A DNA stretch of 64,000 nt from Acidobacteriota bacterium (GCA_965205505.1 CBDBHB010000006.1:384001-448000); one strand, 5' to 3'; shown: positions 1 through 11,014, numbered from the stretch's first letter. The notes: generated from the sequence alone by a model not told the origin. Numbers and translations are program-made.

Positions 1-2723
1 TGGGGAACCGCGGCCTCGAGGTCGCCTGATGCCCACGCGATTACTCCGTCGATCTGAGCCTCCGCACGGCGCTGGCGGATCTCGGTCAGCGGCACTCCGG
101 CGATCGACTCGCGGAACGCATCGGCCACTTGGCGTGCGCGCGCCTCATCGCCGGCCAGCACGCGTCCGACCATCTCATTCAACGCCACGAGCTGTGGGTT
201 CGCCGGCTCAGGCGCCGTCCGACGCAGCTCTTCGGTCCGCTCGAGCGTCAGCTCCGCGTCCGCCAAGCTACGTGCCAACTCGACCTGTGCCCCGAGCGCG
301 CGCTGGTGTTCCATGCTGCCGGGGGGGAACAGTGTCCCCGCCTCCTGCAGCGCGGTTCTCGCTGTGGCCGCCTGGCCGAAGTACAGGTTCTGCGCGGAGA
401 GCGCCAAGTATCCCTCGAACTTGGCCTTTGGATTCGGATCTTGAAGCATCGTGCGAGTCTCGGCGCGCGCTTCGTCCCAGCGCTCTTGCATCACCAGGAT
501 GCCCCAGCGCAGTACGCGCTTCCGGTACTCGGGTACAAGACGGTTTGCGGTGGCGAGCTCTTCCAGGGCTTCGTCGTACGCGCTGTTGCGCGCCAGCCCG
601 GCGGCGAGATTGAAGTATCCCTCGGCGTTGTCCGGGTTCGCCTCGACGTACTCTCGGAGCACGGTCACGGCATCGGCAACCCGCCCTCGTGCCGCATAGG
701 CGAAGGCCATCGAGTAGGCGTTAGGCGCGAAGGAATCGCGCGCTTGCCGGAGCTCCTCGAAGTGTTCGATTGCCTCGTCGAATCGCTCCAGATCCATGAG
801 GCCCTGGGCAAGGTTGGTGCGCGCCGCAAGGTGGTCGGGGTACGACTCGACAGCCTTGGCGTACTCGTCCAGCAATTCGGTGATGGTGCGAGGGTCCATC
901 CCCAAGTCGCGTCCGCGGATGTAGTGGCGTTCGCGCGGCGGCAAGCGGTCGGCCATGTCGAAGGCTCGCTGAGCGTAGCGAGCCGCTATCTCCTTGTCGC
1001 CGAGATTACCGTGCGCCACCGACAGCTTGGCGTGCGCCATAGCGAAGTCGGGGTCCAGCTCGACCGCCCTCTCGAGCAGCGGAACAGCGTCACGGTACTT
1101 GGACTGCAAGTTGAGCTCGACGCCCTCGTTGTAGAAGCGGAACGCCTCGATGTTGTCGGTCGTGACCTCCTCGATGTCTCGATAGCCCATAGCGCCGCCC
1201 GACAATGCCGCGTCGTGGTCGGCGTGGCTCATGTCGAAGCTCGCCTCGATCCACGCATGTAGCTCGTCGACCAGGTCGAATAGCTCATCGACGCTTCCCT
1301 GTACCGATCCGGACGACAACACCTCGCTCGAGTCCGGGTCTTGAATGCGAGCGTTGATGCGGATCTCGTCGCCGGCGCGGGCGAAGCTGCCGACGATCGC
1401 TCGGTTCATGCCGGCCAGCCGGGCGATCTCGCCGACCACCTCACCAGAGGTGGTGGAATCGCCCAGACGTCCCATGCCTTGCAGCATCGAGTAGAGGCGA
1501 TCGGTGGCGAGCACACGGACGCCGGGAATCTGCGACAGGTCGGTGACCAACATTTCCGTGAGGCCGCTGCGCAGCCATTCGAGCTCGGGGTCGCCGCTAA
1601 TGTTGTCGAAATAGAACACCGCAACCGAGAGTTGGCCGTCGAGCGAGGTTGGAAATGCCGGTGGTTGCCCCACTCTCGGGCCGGGTTCCACTCTGTCGCG
1701 GAGACCGAAATAACCGATTGTCAATACGGCCACGACCGCGACGGCAAGGGCACCATAGCGGAGCCACGAAGAAGCCTCGACAACGACAACCTTGGAGCCC
1801 GGAAGGTAGGCTCCGAGCTTCGATACCCTGCTGACGTCGGAATGGAGTCTGGACGAAAGCAACTCGCCGGTCTCCAGATCGCGGCGGATCTCCTTCAGAT
1901 CCCGTCGCAGGTCGGCTGCCGTCTGGTAGCGCTGGTCGGGCTGCTTGGCCAGCGTTCGCTGGATGAGGCGCGCAATCGGCAGCGGGATCGCCTGTCGCAC
2001 ATCGCTGACGGAGTCGGGGTCATCCTTGAGGATCGACGAGAGCACCGAGATGTTGGTCTCGCCATCGAAGGGACGTTTCCCGGTGATCATCTCGTACAGC
2101 AGGATCCCGAGCGAGAAGATGTCCGACCGGTGATCGAGACTGCGTCCCTCAGCTTGCTCCGGCGACATGTAGGCGATCGTCCCCAGGATCTTTCCCTCGC
2201 CGGTGAAGTCACCGGTCAGCATTTGCGTCATGCCGTCGGGCCCGCTGCGCTGCTCATTGATCTTGGCGAGCCCGAAATCGAGCACTTTGACGCGCCCGGC
2301 GTCGTCCACCATGATGTTGGCCGGCTTGAGGTCGCGGTGAAGGATGTTGCGCTCATGCGCGGCCGCGACCGCATCGGCCAGCGGCACGGCGATGTCAAGG
2401 AATTCCTTGACGGGCATCCCCTCGCGCGGAATGAGCTGGTCGAGCGTTTGGCCGATGATCAGCTCCATGGTCATGAAGCGAACGCCGTCGGCCTCTTCGA
2501 CCGCGTAGATCGTGACGATGTTCGGGTGGCTGAGCGCGGCAACGCTCTTAGCCTCGCGCTCGAAGCGCGCCAGACGCACCGGGTCGTCGGCCAGACTCTC
2601 CGGCAAGAGCTTCAGCGCCACCTGGCGGTTGAGCTTGGTGTCGCGCGCGGCGAACACCTCGCCCATGCCACCGCTGCCGAGCTTGCGCACGACCTCGTAG
2701 TGCGCCAGTCGCGTTCCGATCAC
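1..2723 (-). CDS. Hanks-type Ser/Thr protein kinase with TM segment, TolB/FlgO-like domain and TPR repeats (3' end outside window)
   Basis: Manual translation from GTG at 2723 (GGAGG upstream): MIGTRLAHYEVVRKLGSGGMGEVF...VALK...HRDLKPANIM...KVLDFGLAK...GTIAYMSPEQ, then VAVFYFDNISGDPELEWLRSGLTEMLV and TPR-like helices. Missing from the ORF track because it runs off the window. Confidence 0.93.
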   Translation of the reverse strand, partial: MIGTRLAHYEVVRKLGSGGMGEVFAARDTKLNRQVALKLLPESLADDPVRLARFEREAKSVAALSHPNIVTIYAVEEADGVRFMTMELIIGQTLDQLIPREGMPVKEFLDIAVPLADAVAAAHERNILHRDLKPANIMVDDAGRVKVLDFGLAKINEQRSGPDGMTQMLTGDFTGEGKILGTIAYMSPEQAEGRSLDHRSDIFSLGILLYEMITGKRPFDGETNISVLSSILKDDPDSVSDVRQAIPLPIARLIQRTLAKQPDQRYQTAADLRRDLKEIRRDLETGELLSSRLHSDVSRVSKLGAYLPGSKVVVVEASSWLRYGALAVAVVAVLTIGYFGLRDRVEPGPRVGQPPAFPTSLDGQLSVAVFYFDNISGDPELEWLRSGLTEMLVTDLSQIPGVRVLATDRLYSMLQGMGRLGDSTTSGEVVGEIARLAGMNRAIVGSFARAGDEIRINARIQDPDSSEVLSSGSVQGSVDELFDLVDELHAWIEASFDMSHADHDAALSGGAMGYRDIEEVTTDNIEAFRFYNEGVELNLQSKYRDAVPLLERAVELDPDFAMAHAKLSVAHGNLGDKEIAARYAQRAFDMADRLPPRERHYIRGRDLGMDPRTITELLDEYAKAVESYPDHLAARTNLAQGLMDLERFDEAIEHFEELRQARDSFAPNAYSMAFAYAARGRVADAVTVLREYVEANPDNAEGYFNLAAGLARNSAYDEALEELATANRLVPEYRKRVLRWGILVMQERWDEARAETRTMLQDPNPKAKFEGYLALSAQNLYFGQAATARTALQEAGTLFPPGSMEHQRALGAQVELARSLADAELTLERTEELRRTAPEPANPQLVALNEMVGRVLAGDEARARQVADAFRESIAGVPLTEIRQRRAEAQIDGVIAWASGDLEAAVP

Positions 2724-2854
2724 CGCGAACCCTCCGTGAGTCGCTGCGAACAAGACTACCTCTTGTCCGTGGCCGCTCGTAGCCCGCCGGGCCGCACCTC
2801 GGTAGCCGTCGATGGGACGTCGTCTGCGTCTGAGCGCCGCGCCGACGTGCCGGT

Positions 2855-3637
2855 TCAGGTGACCTCGTCAGCCAGCGCGATGACGCGCAGGGGGCTACCG
2901 CTGCCGTCGACCAGCTTCAGCGGTGCGGCAATCACCACCGCGCCCGTGGGCGGCAGCTTGTCGAGGTTGCACAGGCTGGCAAGCCCCAGCTTGCCGGCCC
3001 CGTGCATGAGCGTGTGGGCCGGGAAAGCGGGATCAAAGCCAGCCGCCTGGCCGGCGTCCGTGCCGACTGTCTCGACACCGATGCCGAGGATGTCCCGTTC
3101 GGCCAGTATCCGGATCGTGTCGGTGTGGAATCCTGGACTGTGCGGGCCGTCGTCGTGGATGTTGAGGAACGCCTCGGCACCGCGACGGTTGCTCCACCCG
3201 GTGTTCAGGAGCACCCACCCGCCGGCCGCCAGGGGTCCGTGTTCGCCCTCCCACGCTCGCAGTTCTTCCGGGGCGACCAGATAGTCGGGATCATCGGCCA
3301 CTGCCGCAGTTACATCGATCACGCTGGCGGGGCCGACGAAGCGGACCGGAGAGATTGTATCGGTGGTGTTGTCGGGCAGGTCCTTGCCGCTGATCCAGTG
3401 GCCAGGCGCGTCGAAGTGCGTACCGGTGTGCTCACCGAAGCTCAGCGCATTCCAGTACCAGGCCGGTCCGTCGTCGTCGAATCGCGAGATCTGCTCGATG
3501 GTGACGCCAGGAGAGAGCGCGAACGGTGGCGGCAAGGCGATCACAGGCGTGTCTGGCTCGAGGGGTTGCGTGAGGTCGACGATGCGAACACTGCCGTCTC
3601 GAATGGCATCAGCTAGCTGGGTCAGAAGGCCGCTCAT
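2855..3637 (-). CDS. Cyclase-family metal hydrolase (kynurenine formamidase/isatin hydrolase-like)
   Basis: EHTGTHFDAPGH motif, VDLTQPL N-terminus, GSGSPLRVIA C-terminus. Confidence 0.9.
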   Translation of the reverse strand: MSGLLTQLADAIRDGSVRIVDLTQPLEPDTPVIALPPPFALSPGVTIEQISRFDDDGPAWYWNALSFGEHTGTHFDAPGHWISGKDLPDNTTDTISPVRFVGPASVIDVTAAVADDPDYLVAPEELRAWEGEHGPLAAGGWVLLNTGWSNRRGAEAFLNIHDDGPHSPGFHTDTIRILAERDILGIGVETVGTDAGQAAGFDPAFPAHTLMHGAGKLGLASLCNLDKLPPTGAVVIAAPLKLVDGSGSPLRVIALADEVT

Positions 3638-4203
3638 GAGCTCCCCTGCTGCAGGTAGCGGGCGAACTGGAAGCGGTTCTCCAGCAGCCCTAAGTCGGTA
3701 ACGAATGCCTTCGGCCCTTCGTCGGCTACTTTGGCGACGATCGTGGCTACCTCGCGTGCTTTCCGAGCGGCGTCGAATGCTGCGAGCAGCGCATCGACAT
3801 CGACGACGGTACTGGTACGAGGTACACCCGCGCCGGCGGCGATCGCCGCTAAATCGGAACCTGTGGCGGTGGCGGTCGGAAATCCCCCGACCGACAACAG
3901 GCTCTCGTTGTCGAACACCAGATGCACCAAGTTACCAGGCCGGTAGCGTCCCAACGTCGTCAGTCCGCCCAGATTCATCAGCGCCGATCCATCTCCGTCG
4001 ACGACCACGACCTGCCGTTCCGGCAGCGCCAGTGCCAAGCCCAGCCCCATGGACGAGGCCAGCCCCATGGCGTGTTGCAGATAGAAGTGGTTGGGTCGGT
4101 GTCCGAGCGATTGCAGCTCCGCCGCCACGGCTCCCATGATGGTCACCACCACGCAGTCAGCGAGTCGATCGTAAAGCGCGCGGAGAGCATCTATCCGCAG
4201 CAT
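3634..4203 (-). CDS. ThDP-dependent decarboxylase beta subunit (sulfopyruvate decarboxylase ComE-like)
   Basis: GDGSALMN...DN ThDP-binding motif and MGLASSMGLG; start is ATG 4203 or GTG 4215, not 4848. Confidence 0.85.
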   Translation of the reverse strand: MLRIDALRALYDRLADCVVVTIMGAVAAELQSLGHRPNHFYLQHAMGLASSMGLGLALALPERQVVVVDGDGSALMNLGGLTTLGRYRPGNLVHLVFDNESLLSVGGFPTATATGSDLAAIAAGAGVPRTSTVVDVDALLAAFDAARKAREVATIVAKVADEGPKAFVTDLGLLENRFQFARYLQQGSS

Positions 4204-4217
4204 CCGGTCGCCCACCT

Positions 4218-4730
4218 TCAGTCCGCCCACATCAGGTCGCGCCCGAGCAACACGCCGACCGGTCGCAAAGAAGAGTAAGCCAGCGACATCGCCTGCTCCA
4301 CGCGGTGAGGCACGTGGTCGGGTGCCTCCAGACGCAGGTGAGGAATGCGCAACGCGTCGAGGACGTGCACGGTCTGTCCGCCGCCTTCGGTCTGCCAGGG
4401 GTCGCGCTCGCCGAACGAGCCGCGGTCGCTGATCAGCATCAACAGCGGAATACGGTAAAGCTGTGCCCCCGAGACAATGCCGTTGACCGATGCCAGAAAC
4501 CCATGATTCTGCATGAGCATCACCGATCGCACGCCGGCGAGGTGGGCACCCATCGAGATCCCGACGCCCTCCTCTTCCTTGGCGAGCCGCACAAGTGTGG
4601 TGTCGGCGTCCTCCTCGGCAAGGCGGATGAGGTGTACAAGCCAAGTCTCCGGAAGCGCCGAGATGATCTCGACGCCGCACGATTTGAGCGCCTCGTAGAC
4701 GACCCGCGAGTTGCCTAGCGAAACCGGCAT
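4218..4730 (-). CDS. ThDP-dependent decarboxylase alpha subunit (ComD-like)
   Basis: LAKEEEGVGISMGAHLAG, MQNHG, LMLISDRG; adjacent to the beta subunit. Confidence 0.85.
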   Translation of the reverse strand: MPVSLGNSRVVYEALKSCGVEIISALPETWLVHLIRLAEEDADTTLVRLAKEEEGVGISMGAHLAGVRSVMLMQNHGFLASVNGIVSGAQLYRIPLLMLISDRGSFGERDPWQTEGGGQTVHVLDALRIPHLRLEAPDHVPHRVEQAMSLAYSSLRPVGVLLGRDLMWAD

Positions 4731-4759
4731 GACGGTTCCCGTTGTCAGGTGCTGCCCGT

Positions 4760-5935
4760 CTATTGCAGCGTAATGAGGTACTTGATCGCGAACGTGCCGA
4801 GCCAGTGCGACCCGTAGTAGTTGGCCTCGAACATCGCCGCCGTTCCATGGGCCGCCTGCTGTGCTGCGGTTGATCGGTAGGCCTCGAAGCTCGGATGCTC
4901 GCTGCCGAGGGTGGCCGCCAGGCGACTTAGCGCCTCGGCACGCGTGAAGGCCAGCCCGATCAGGTGCGACTTCGCCCCCATGAGCCCGCCGTCCTCTGCG
5001 ACACTCTCGCCCAGTTGTACTTGTTCAGCTAGTCTGCGAAAGTTCGGGCTGTCCGGCGCTGGCAGAAACCTGTCGTGCCAGCTCGTGAAGCTCGGCCGAT
5101 CGAGGACCCGTGCCATCAACGTCGCCTCTTGTAGACATGGTGACAAGAAATCGGAGGCCGATGGCTCGTAGGCCAACGGACAATCGACGTCAGCGCCGTA
5201 GAGTGCCTCGGCGCGCGAGACTACCAGGTGCCATAGAGCCGTATCATCGGTGCTCTCCGCGTAGTCGAGGATCAGATCCATCGCGAATGCGGTGTTGGCA
5301 TGGGTACCGCTACGCACCGGATAGTCGAGGCTCTCGAGATAAAAGGGCAAGCGATCGACGAATACCTGCGCCAGCGGCGCCGAGTTCTCGGCCCAGGTGG
5401 CGGCATCGGGGTATGTCGAGTCGCTCAGCGCGGCGTGCAACGCAAGCAACCAGGCCCAACCATAGGGGCGCTCGAAGGAGCGGTTGTCGGTGAAGAAGGA
5501 AAGCTCACCGGCAAGCGGCCGCGCGCCGAGGTGCTCGTCGAGCTTCTCGGCGATGAGCGGGGCGATGGGCGACTCCGGGAACCGATCGAGGATCTCGACC
5601 AGCGCCCAGGTCGAGTTCACTGCCGAGTGCCAGTCGAAACAACCGTAGAAGGCGCGCGTGGTCTCGAAGTCGGGACGCAGCGCCGCAGTGCGCTCATACA
5701 GGTACCCGGTCCCGCTGGGGGCTGTGTGCGGCCGATCAAGGCATGCGAGTGGCATTGCTGCCAGCGCCAGTGCCGTGTTGTCGTCGAGCTTCGGCTCGTC
5801 CGGTAGAGCAAACACCGGATCGGGCTGAGCTTCCGGCGGGGTTCTGTCGACGTCAGCCTGACAACCGCCCAGCGCGGTGAGCATCAAGGCCACTACGTGA
5901 AGCGAACGGTGAGAACTGAACGAAGGCATGATCAA
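4760..5935 (-). CDS. DUF2891-family lipoprotein
   Basis: FYGCFDWHSAV, FERPYGWAWLL, YYGSHWL motifs; lipobox-like LGGC. Confidence 0.85.
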   Translation of the reverse strand: MIMPSFSSHRSLHVVALMLTALGGCQADVDRTPPEAQPDPVFALPDEPKLDDNTALALAAMPLACLDRPHTAPSGTGYLYERTAALRPDFETTRAFYGCFDWHSAVNSTWALVEILDRFPESPIAPLIAEKLDEHLGARPLAGELSFFTDNRSFERPYGWAWLLALHAALSDSTYPDAATWAENSAPLAQVFVDRLPFYLESLDYPVRSGTHANTAFAMDLILDYAESTDDTALWHLVVSRAEALYGADVDCPLAYEPSASDFLSPCLQEATLMARVLDRPSFTSWHDRFLPAPDSPNFRRLAEQVQLGESVAEDGGLMGAKSHLIGLAFTRAEALSRLAATLGSEHPSFEAYRSTAAQQAAHGTAAMFEANYYGSHWLGTFAIKYLITLQ

Positions 5936-6026
5936 CAGTCTCTCAGATGGCTACTTCCGCGGACCGCGGGCGGCTCGATGCAGGTACATCTTGATCGCCG
6001 GCGCGAAAGCGGCTCCTAGCAGGCCG

Positions 6027-6854
6027 CTAGCGTAGGAACCGCTCCTCGAACTCGGCGGAACGAATGATCGAAAGCACCACCTCTAGGTAGCGTCGGCGCT
6101 CCACCTGCGGTAACAGGTCGCGGGTTCCTGTGGAGTCCGGGCTACGCTGCAGCAACCCTTGATAAAACCTGTTGAGGAGCTCCGCCGAGCTCGTATTCGC
6201 TGCGCTTTGCAGGAACTCCCCGCTGCGCAGCATCGCCTGGGCCTGCGTTTCGAGGCGGCCTCGTTGCACCTCGGACACGGCGCCGGCGAAACTGCCCGCG
6301 TCGGCGTCGCGCCCCAGTATGCCGTGATAAAGTGCGCGGACGATTGCCTCAGCCTCTTCGCGCTCATAGCTGGAGGCCATGTCGCGGCGCACCTCGACAT
6401 CGACGCGCCACGCGAAGTTGAGGTTGCCGGGTACGTAAAGCTCGAGCCGGCATTGACCATCCGGACGACGCGCCGAGATCCGCACCGTTCCTTCATCCCT
6501 CGGCTCGACGTCCAGGACGCTTCTGCAGTCGCGGTCGTCGAACCCTAGCGCCAGGCGATCTTGCGGAAAGCTGCGGCCATCCTGGTCGCGGCCGCTGACT
6601 TCGATATCGATGTCACCACGCGGCGGGATCGCGAGCACGTCGTCGGGGTCGTAGTCCTGCCAGTTATAGCCGTCGCCCTTGACGCGCAGCTCGACTCGGC
6701 AGAGCAGCGGGTAGCGCCAGTTGCCACAGTCCTGCAGCGCGATCGAGGCCCCGCGCGTCGGGGCTGTCCCACCAGCGGCGCTGTCGCCGGGCGCCACGGC
6801 GCCGTTCAAGAGTAGAGGAATGACGAGCAACAGGGCGTTCCGTGGATATCTCAT
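6027..6854 (-). CDS. Secreted hypothetical protein with C-terminal DUF4214-like repeats
   Basis: Start MRYPRNALLLVIP (signal-like); LYHGILGRDADAG...SGEF and FYQGLLQRSPD...SAEF repeats. Confidence 0.65.
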   Translation of the reverse strand: MRYPRNALLLVIPLLLNGAVAPGDSAAGGTAPTRGASIALQDCGNWRYPLLCRVELRVKGDGYNWQDYDPDDVLAIPPRGDIDIEVSGRDQDGRSFPQDRLALGFDDRDCRSVLDVEPRDEGTVRISARRPDGQCRLELYVPGNLNFAWRVDVEVRRDMASSYEREEAEAIVRALYHGILGRDADAGSFAGAVSEVQRGRLETQAQAMLRSGEFLQSAANTSSAELLNRFYQGLLQRSPDSTGTRDLLPQVERRRYLEVVLSIIRSAEFEERFLR

Positions 6855-6963
6855 CGGGGGCTCCGTTGGCAGCAGGCTGGCAAGTGGACTATTTGACCGC
6901 GCGGAGCGACTCGGCGCCAGTGGGAATCCATGACGGGCCCAGAACCGCATGTAAGCTTTCATC

Positions 6964-8142
6964 ATGAATGCGTTGCTCTGGGAGCTCGACACGTGTTGCT
7001 GGCCGCTGGCGCCCGCCGGGCGTCGCTGGCGCCGGTGGTCGGCGTGTGCCGTGCTTGCCATGACCTGGGCGTGCACCGCCTCTGACACGCCGGATGCGGC
7101 GATTGGCGGCCTCGAGAGGACTATTCCTCCGCTGCCAACGAGCTTCCACCGTGGCATGAACATCGAGCCGATTGGCGGCTACGGCGCTCCGATTGATCTC
7201 CGGGCGTTGCCCGTGAGCCTCGACGCGTTGGTCGAGTTGGGCGTTGACCACGTGGCACTCATACCGAGCTTCTTTCAACCGCGGCTCGGTGTTGTCGAGC
7301 TCACCTGGCGACCCTCGCGCGACCGCGTCGAGTCGGACACGCGGTTGGCAATTCGCCTGGCACACGAACGTGGGCTGGCGGTATTGCTCAAGCCGCACCT
7401 TTGGCTCGACGACCGCTCTGACGGGGCGTGGCGGGGCGACATCGATCCCGACCGGGCGGCATGGCCGGCGTGGGAGCGCGCCTATCGCGACGCGGTGCTG
7501 GGCTTCGCGCGACTCGGCGCGCAAGAGCAGGTCGCGGGCATCTCCATGGGCTCGGAGCTCACGCGTGTAGCCCTGGCACATCCCGACTTCTGGCGTCAGC
7601 TGGCCTCTGACATCCGCGAGGTGTTCTCCGGCGAGCTCACCTATGCGGCGAACTGGGACAGAGAATTCGAGCAGATCGAATGGTGGGACGCAGTCGACCA
7701 CATCGGTGTCGACGCGTTCTGGCCCCTTACCGGCGTTCGCGATGAAGCACTTGACGGCGACAAGTGCCTCGAGCGCCTGGACCGGATCCGTAATCTGATG
7801 GCGACCGTGGCAGCGCGCTACGACCGACCCATTCTACTGACCGAGGTCGGTTATAAGTCGGCACTCGGTGCTGCATACCGCCCCTGGGAGTGGCACGACG
7901 ATCAGGTTGCCGATGTCACCGTTCAGAGCACCGCCTATGCGTGCCTGGCCGAATCACTCGGCGCGGTGGCTGGCGACGTCGGTCTCCGCGGGCCCACCAC
8001 CGAGAAAGCCAGCTGGCTCGTCGGGGTGTACTTCTGGATTTGGCACACCGATCTCGAATGGGGCGGACTCGACAACAGCGACTTCACGCCGCGCGGCAAG
8101 CCGGCTCAGCAAATCCTGCGCACCTGGTTCCAGGCGCGATAG
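6964..8142 (+). CDS. Glycoside hydrolase family 113-like protein
   Basis: LLKPHLW, MGSEL, TYAANWD, IGVDAFWPL, LTEVGY motifs. Confidence 0.8.
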   Translation: MNALLWELDTCCWPLAPAGRRWRRWSACAVLAMTWACTASDTPDAAIGGLERTIPPLPTSFHRGMNIEPIGGYGAPIDLRALPVSLDALVELGVDHVALIPSFFQPRLGVVELTWRPSRDRVESDTRLAIRLAHERGLAVLLKPHLWLDDRSDGAWRGDIDPDRAAWPAWERAYRDAVLGFARLGAQEQVAGISMGSELTRVALAHPDFWRQLASDIREVFSGELTYAANWDREFEQIEWWDAVDHIGVDAFWPLTGVRDEALDGDKCLERLDRIRNLMATVAARYDRPILLTEVGYKSALGAAYRPWEWHDDQVADVTVQSTAYACLAESLGAVAGDVGLRGPTTEKASWLVGVYFWIWHTDLEWGGLDNSDFTPRGKPAQQILRTWFQAR

Positions 8143-8177
8143 ACAGGTTCGCTGCGGCTGCGCCGTTGCCTAGTATC

Positions 8178-9836
8178 CTACCGGCGAGGCGGCTCCGGGC
8201 GCCTGCCGTTGAGCCGACTCTCCGCCTCAGTCATTAGCCTGTCGAGGCCGCTCCGCCGGATCGCGCTAACGGCAACCGCATCGTGTCTGGCGACCAATCC
8301 GGTCATCTCCTCGTCGGGCACGAGGTCGGCTTTGTTGAGCACCTTCAGAACCGGTATTCGCAGGGCGTCGAGATCATCCAGCAGGCCGTTGACTGCGTCG
8401 ATCTTGTCATCGATGCGCGGATCGGACGCGTCGATGACGTGCAGCAACAGATCCGCATCGACGAGCTCCTCCAAGGTGGCGCGGAACGCGGTGATGAGGT
8501 CGCCTGGCAGCTCAGCGATAAAACCGACGGTATCGGTGATGATCACCTCGCGCTCACGCGGGAAGCGCAGCCGCCGACTCGTGGGGTCGAGGGTCATGAA
8601 CAGTCGGTCCTCGGTCTCGATGTTCGACGAGGTGAGCGCGTTGAGCAAGGTGCTCTTGCCGGCGTTCGTGTAGCCGACGATCGACAGCACGGGCAGGCCT
8701 TGCTGGCGGCGCCGGCGCCGTCGCACGTCGCGCTGCTTGGAGAGCTGCTCGACTTGTTTCTCCAGGCGCCGGATGCGATCGCGGATGCGGCGACGGCCGA
8801 TTTCCAGCACGGTCTCGCCGGGGCCGCGTCCGCCGATACCGCCGGTGAGGCGCGACAGGCCGGCGTCTTCGTCGGTCAATCGCGGCAGCGAGTAGCGGAG
8901 CTGTGCGAGCTCCACCTGTAACTTGCCGTCACGGCTGCTGGCCCGTTGGGCGAAGATATCGAGGATCAACTGGGTGCGATCGATTGCCTTCATTCCAGTA
9001 GCGTCTTCGAACGCCCGAGCCTGGGCGGGCTTGAGATCGATATCGAAGATCGCCACGTCTGCGTTGCGGCGCATTGCCTCGAGGATGAGCTCCTGTAGCT
9101 TGCCTCGTCCGACGATCGTCTTCGGATGGATGCAGCTTTTTTGCCGCATGGTGCCGGCAACGACGACGCCGGACGAGCGCACTAGCTCCAGCGTCTCCTC
9201 GAAATGTTCGTCTTGCGGCCGCAAACCGATCACCAGGGCGCGCTCTGCGTCTTTGGGCCCACGCGCACTTCCGACGACACGGGCGAACTCCTCCTCGAGC
9301 GCGGCAATCGTGGCAGCGAAGTCGAGGTCGAGCGACTGAACGTTGCGGGCGTGTTGATGGACGAACGGGTCGCCGAGGGGCGCTCCGTCGCCCGGCTCAG
9401 CGAGCGCTGCCGGGTCGAGGTAGGCAGCCTCGATACGGCCGGGTAAGCCATCGGCCTGCACCTCGATCATCGCCACCATATCCAGCCGCAGTAGCGCCAG
9501 GTCGTTCAAGTCGTCGGCGGTAAGCGCCTCACCCCGCAGATGCGTATGTACCAGTCGCAGACCGCGGAAGCGGCCGGCACCGCCCCGCAGCCGGCCGATG
9601 TCGGGCAGCATTAGCTTGTGGGCGTCGCCTACAATCACGTGCCGTACGGCTCCGTTCCGAGCCAGGAGCACGCCGATCTGGCGGCCAAGCTCGCCAGACA
9701 GCTCTGCGAGGTGCTGTGCGAGCTCACCGGAGACCACGGTCTCGGGTGGTACGCGGCGCCGGAAAGTGCGTTCGAGACCCCGCTTCTGCGAGGCCTGCAA
9801 GCCTTGCAGCGCGCCAGTTATCGGTTGCCTGGATAT
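8178..9836 (-). CDS. hflX: GTPase HflX (long form), probable ATA start
   Basis: [36 protein letters not shown]; frame open upstream of TTG 9800 to an ATA at 9836 with GGAGG 8 nt upstream. Confidence 0.93.
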   Translation of the reverse strand: MSRQPITGALQGLQASQKRGLERTFRRRVPPETVVSGELAQHLAELSGELGRQIGVLLARNGAVRHVIVGDAHKLMLPDIGRLRGGAGRFRGLRLVHTHLRGEALTADDLNDLALLRLDMVAMIEVQADGLPGRIEAAYLDPAALAEPGDGAPLGDPFVHQHARNVQSLDLDFAATIAALEEEFARVVGSARGPKDAERALVIGLRPQDEHFEETLELVRSSGVVVAGTMRQKSCIHPKTIVGRGKLQELILEAMRRNADVAIFDIDLKPAQARAFEDATGMKAIDRTQLILDIFAQRASSRDGKLQVELAQLRYSLPRLTDEDAGLSRLTGGIGGRGPGETVLEIGRRRIRDRIRRLEKQVEQLSKQRDVRRRRRRQQGLPVLSIVGYTNAGKSTLLNALTSSNIETEDRLFMTLDPTSRRLRFPREREVIITDTVGFIAELPGDLITAFRATLEELVDADLLLHVIDASDPRIDDKIDAVNGLLDDLDALRIPVLKVLNKADLVPDEEMTGLVARHDAVAVSAIRRSGLDRLMTEAESRLNGRRPEPPRR

Positions 9837-9859
9837 GAGAAGAGCCTCCGGGTGCGGGA

Positions 9860-11008
9860 TTAGCCGCCCAGCCAGGCGCGCATCAGGTTCGCCACCATGA
9901 AGCCAGTGTAGTTTCCGACCGCGTACCCCAACAGGCCGATGGCAACGCCGGGGAGCAATTGGTCGGTATAGCCGCGAGCCGACGACAAGGCAATCGCCGA
10001 AGCGGGGCCGCCGACGTTGGCCTGCGACGCGACCGCCAACGTTGCGGCATCGATTCCGATCAGTCGGCCGATTCCGAAAATCCCGATACCATGTATGACA
10101 AGCGTCGTGGCGGCAAACCAGAAGACGGCAGGCCCGACGTGAAAAATGTTCGCCAGCACCGATTGCGCGCCGTTGGCGGCGAGGAACAACAGCAGAACGT
10201 AGTTGCCGAGCGGGGCACCCCCAGCCAGCCCCTTGATCCCCGGCACCTGTGCCAGCAACAGCACGATCGTGGTCAACCAGAGAATCTCCGGCAGCACGGG
10301 TACCAGCGCGGCGACCCGCCCAGCGAGCCAGACCGCCCCGACTGCCAGCGTCACCAGCGCCGCCAACTCGGTAATGGCGATCGGCCGAACACTACTCTTG
10401 AGTGCCCGAGCAATGCCCGACGGCTCCTCCTTGCGAATTCCGCTGGCCGCAGTGTCTCGGGTCCGGCTGCCAGGCGACAGCAGCAATGGTGCGACGAGAC
10501 ACGCCGCCATCCACAGAGCGGTGAGCGTTACGTCGGCGGCAATTGCCGCCGAGAAAAGGTCGCTGCTGGTGTCGAAGGCACGCCCCAGCGCTGCGAAGTT
10601 CATTCCTCCGCCCGTGTAGGTGCCGGTGAACTGGCCCGCAAGCTTCCAGCTCTCGGTCCCGACACTGTCGCTCCACAGCAACGCTCCGATGACGGCTCCC
10701 GCCGCGGTGGACGCGGCGCCGATTCCGAAGGCGGCGAGCATGCTCATCCCGGCGTCCGTCAGCGAGCGCAGATCGACATTGATCAGGATTAGCGCGACAG
10801 AGAGGTTGACCCCTTGACTACTCAGCCATTGATAGGTGGGCGAGGTCCCCGGCAGCACGCCGGAATTGGACAGCGCCATGCCGATCAAGATGCCCACCAG
10901 GGCGGCGCCGAGGGCGCGGAAGAAAGCGAACCTCTCCTCCAGCCACAGCGCTAGAAACACCACCGCAGCCAGCACCAGGACCACCGCCACCGGGTCGCGA
11001 ATCACCAC
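9860..11008 (-). CDS. DUF819-family membrane protein
   Basis: Multiple TM segments; [10 protein letters not shown] and [12 protein letters not shown] motifs. Confidence 0.85.
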   Translation of the reverse strand: MVIRDPVAVVLVLAAVVFLALWLEERFAFFRALGAALVGILIGMALSNSGVLPGTSPTYQWLSSQGVNLSVALILINVDLRSLTDAGMSMLAAFGIGAASTAAGAVIGALLWSDSVGTESWKLAGQFTGTYTGGGMNFAALGRAFDTSSDLFSAAIAADVTLTALWMAACLVAPLLLSPGSRTRDTAASGIRKEEPSGIARALKSSVRPIAITELAALVTLAVGAVWLAGRVAALVPVLPEILWLTTIVLLLAQVPGIKGLAGGAPLGNYVLLLFLAANGAQSVLANIFHVGPAVFWFAATTLVIHGIGIFGIGRLIGIDAATLAVASQANVGGPASAIALSSARGYTDQLLPGVAIGLLGYAVGNYTGFMVANLMRAWLGG

Positions 11009-11014
11009 GGGCTG

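Noticed and set aside
129-3284. Long plus-strand ORFs 129-1262 and 1341-3284
   Set aside because: Antisense shadows of the minus-strand kinase and cyclase genes in GC-rich DNA; no motifs of their own
4204-4848. N-terminal extension of the 404-aa ORF 3634-4848
   Set aside because: Overlaps the ComD-like gene in another frame; similarity starts only at MLRIDAL
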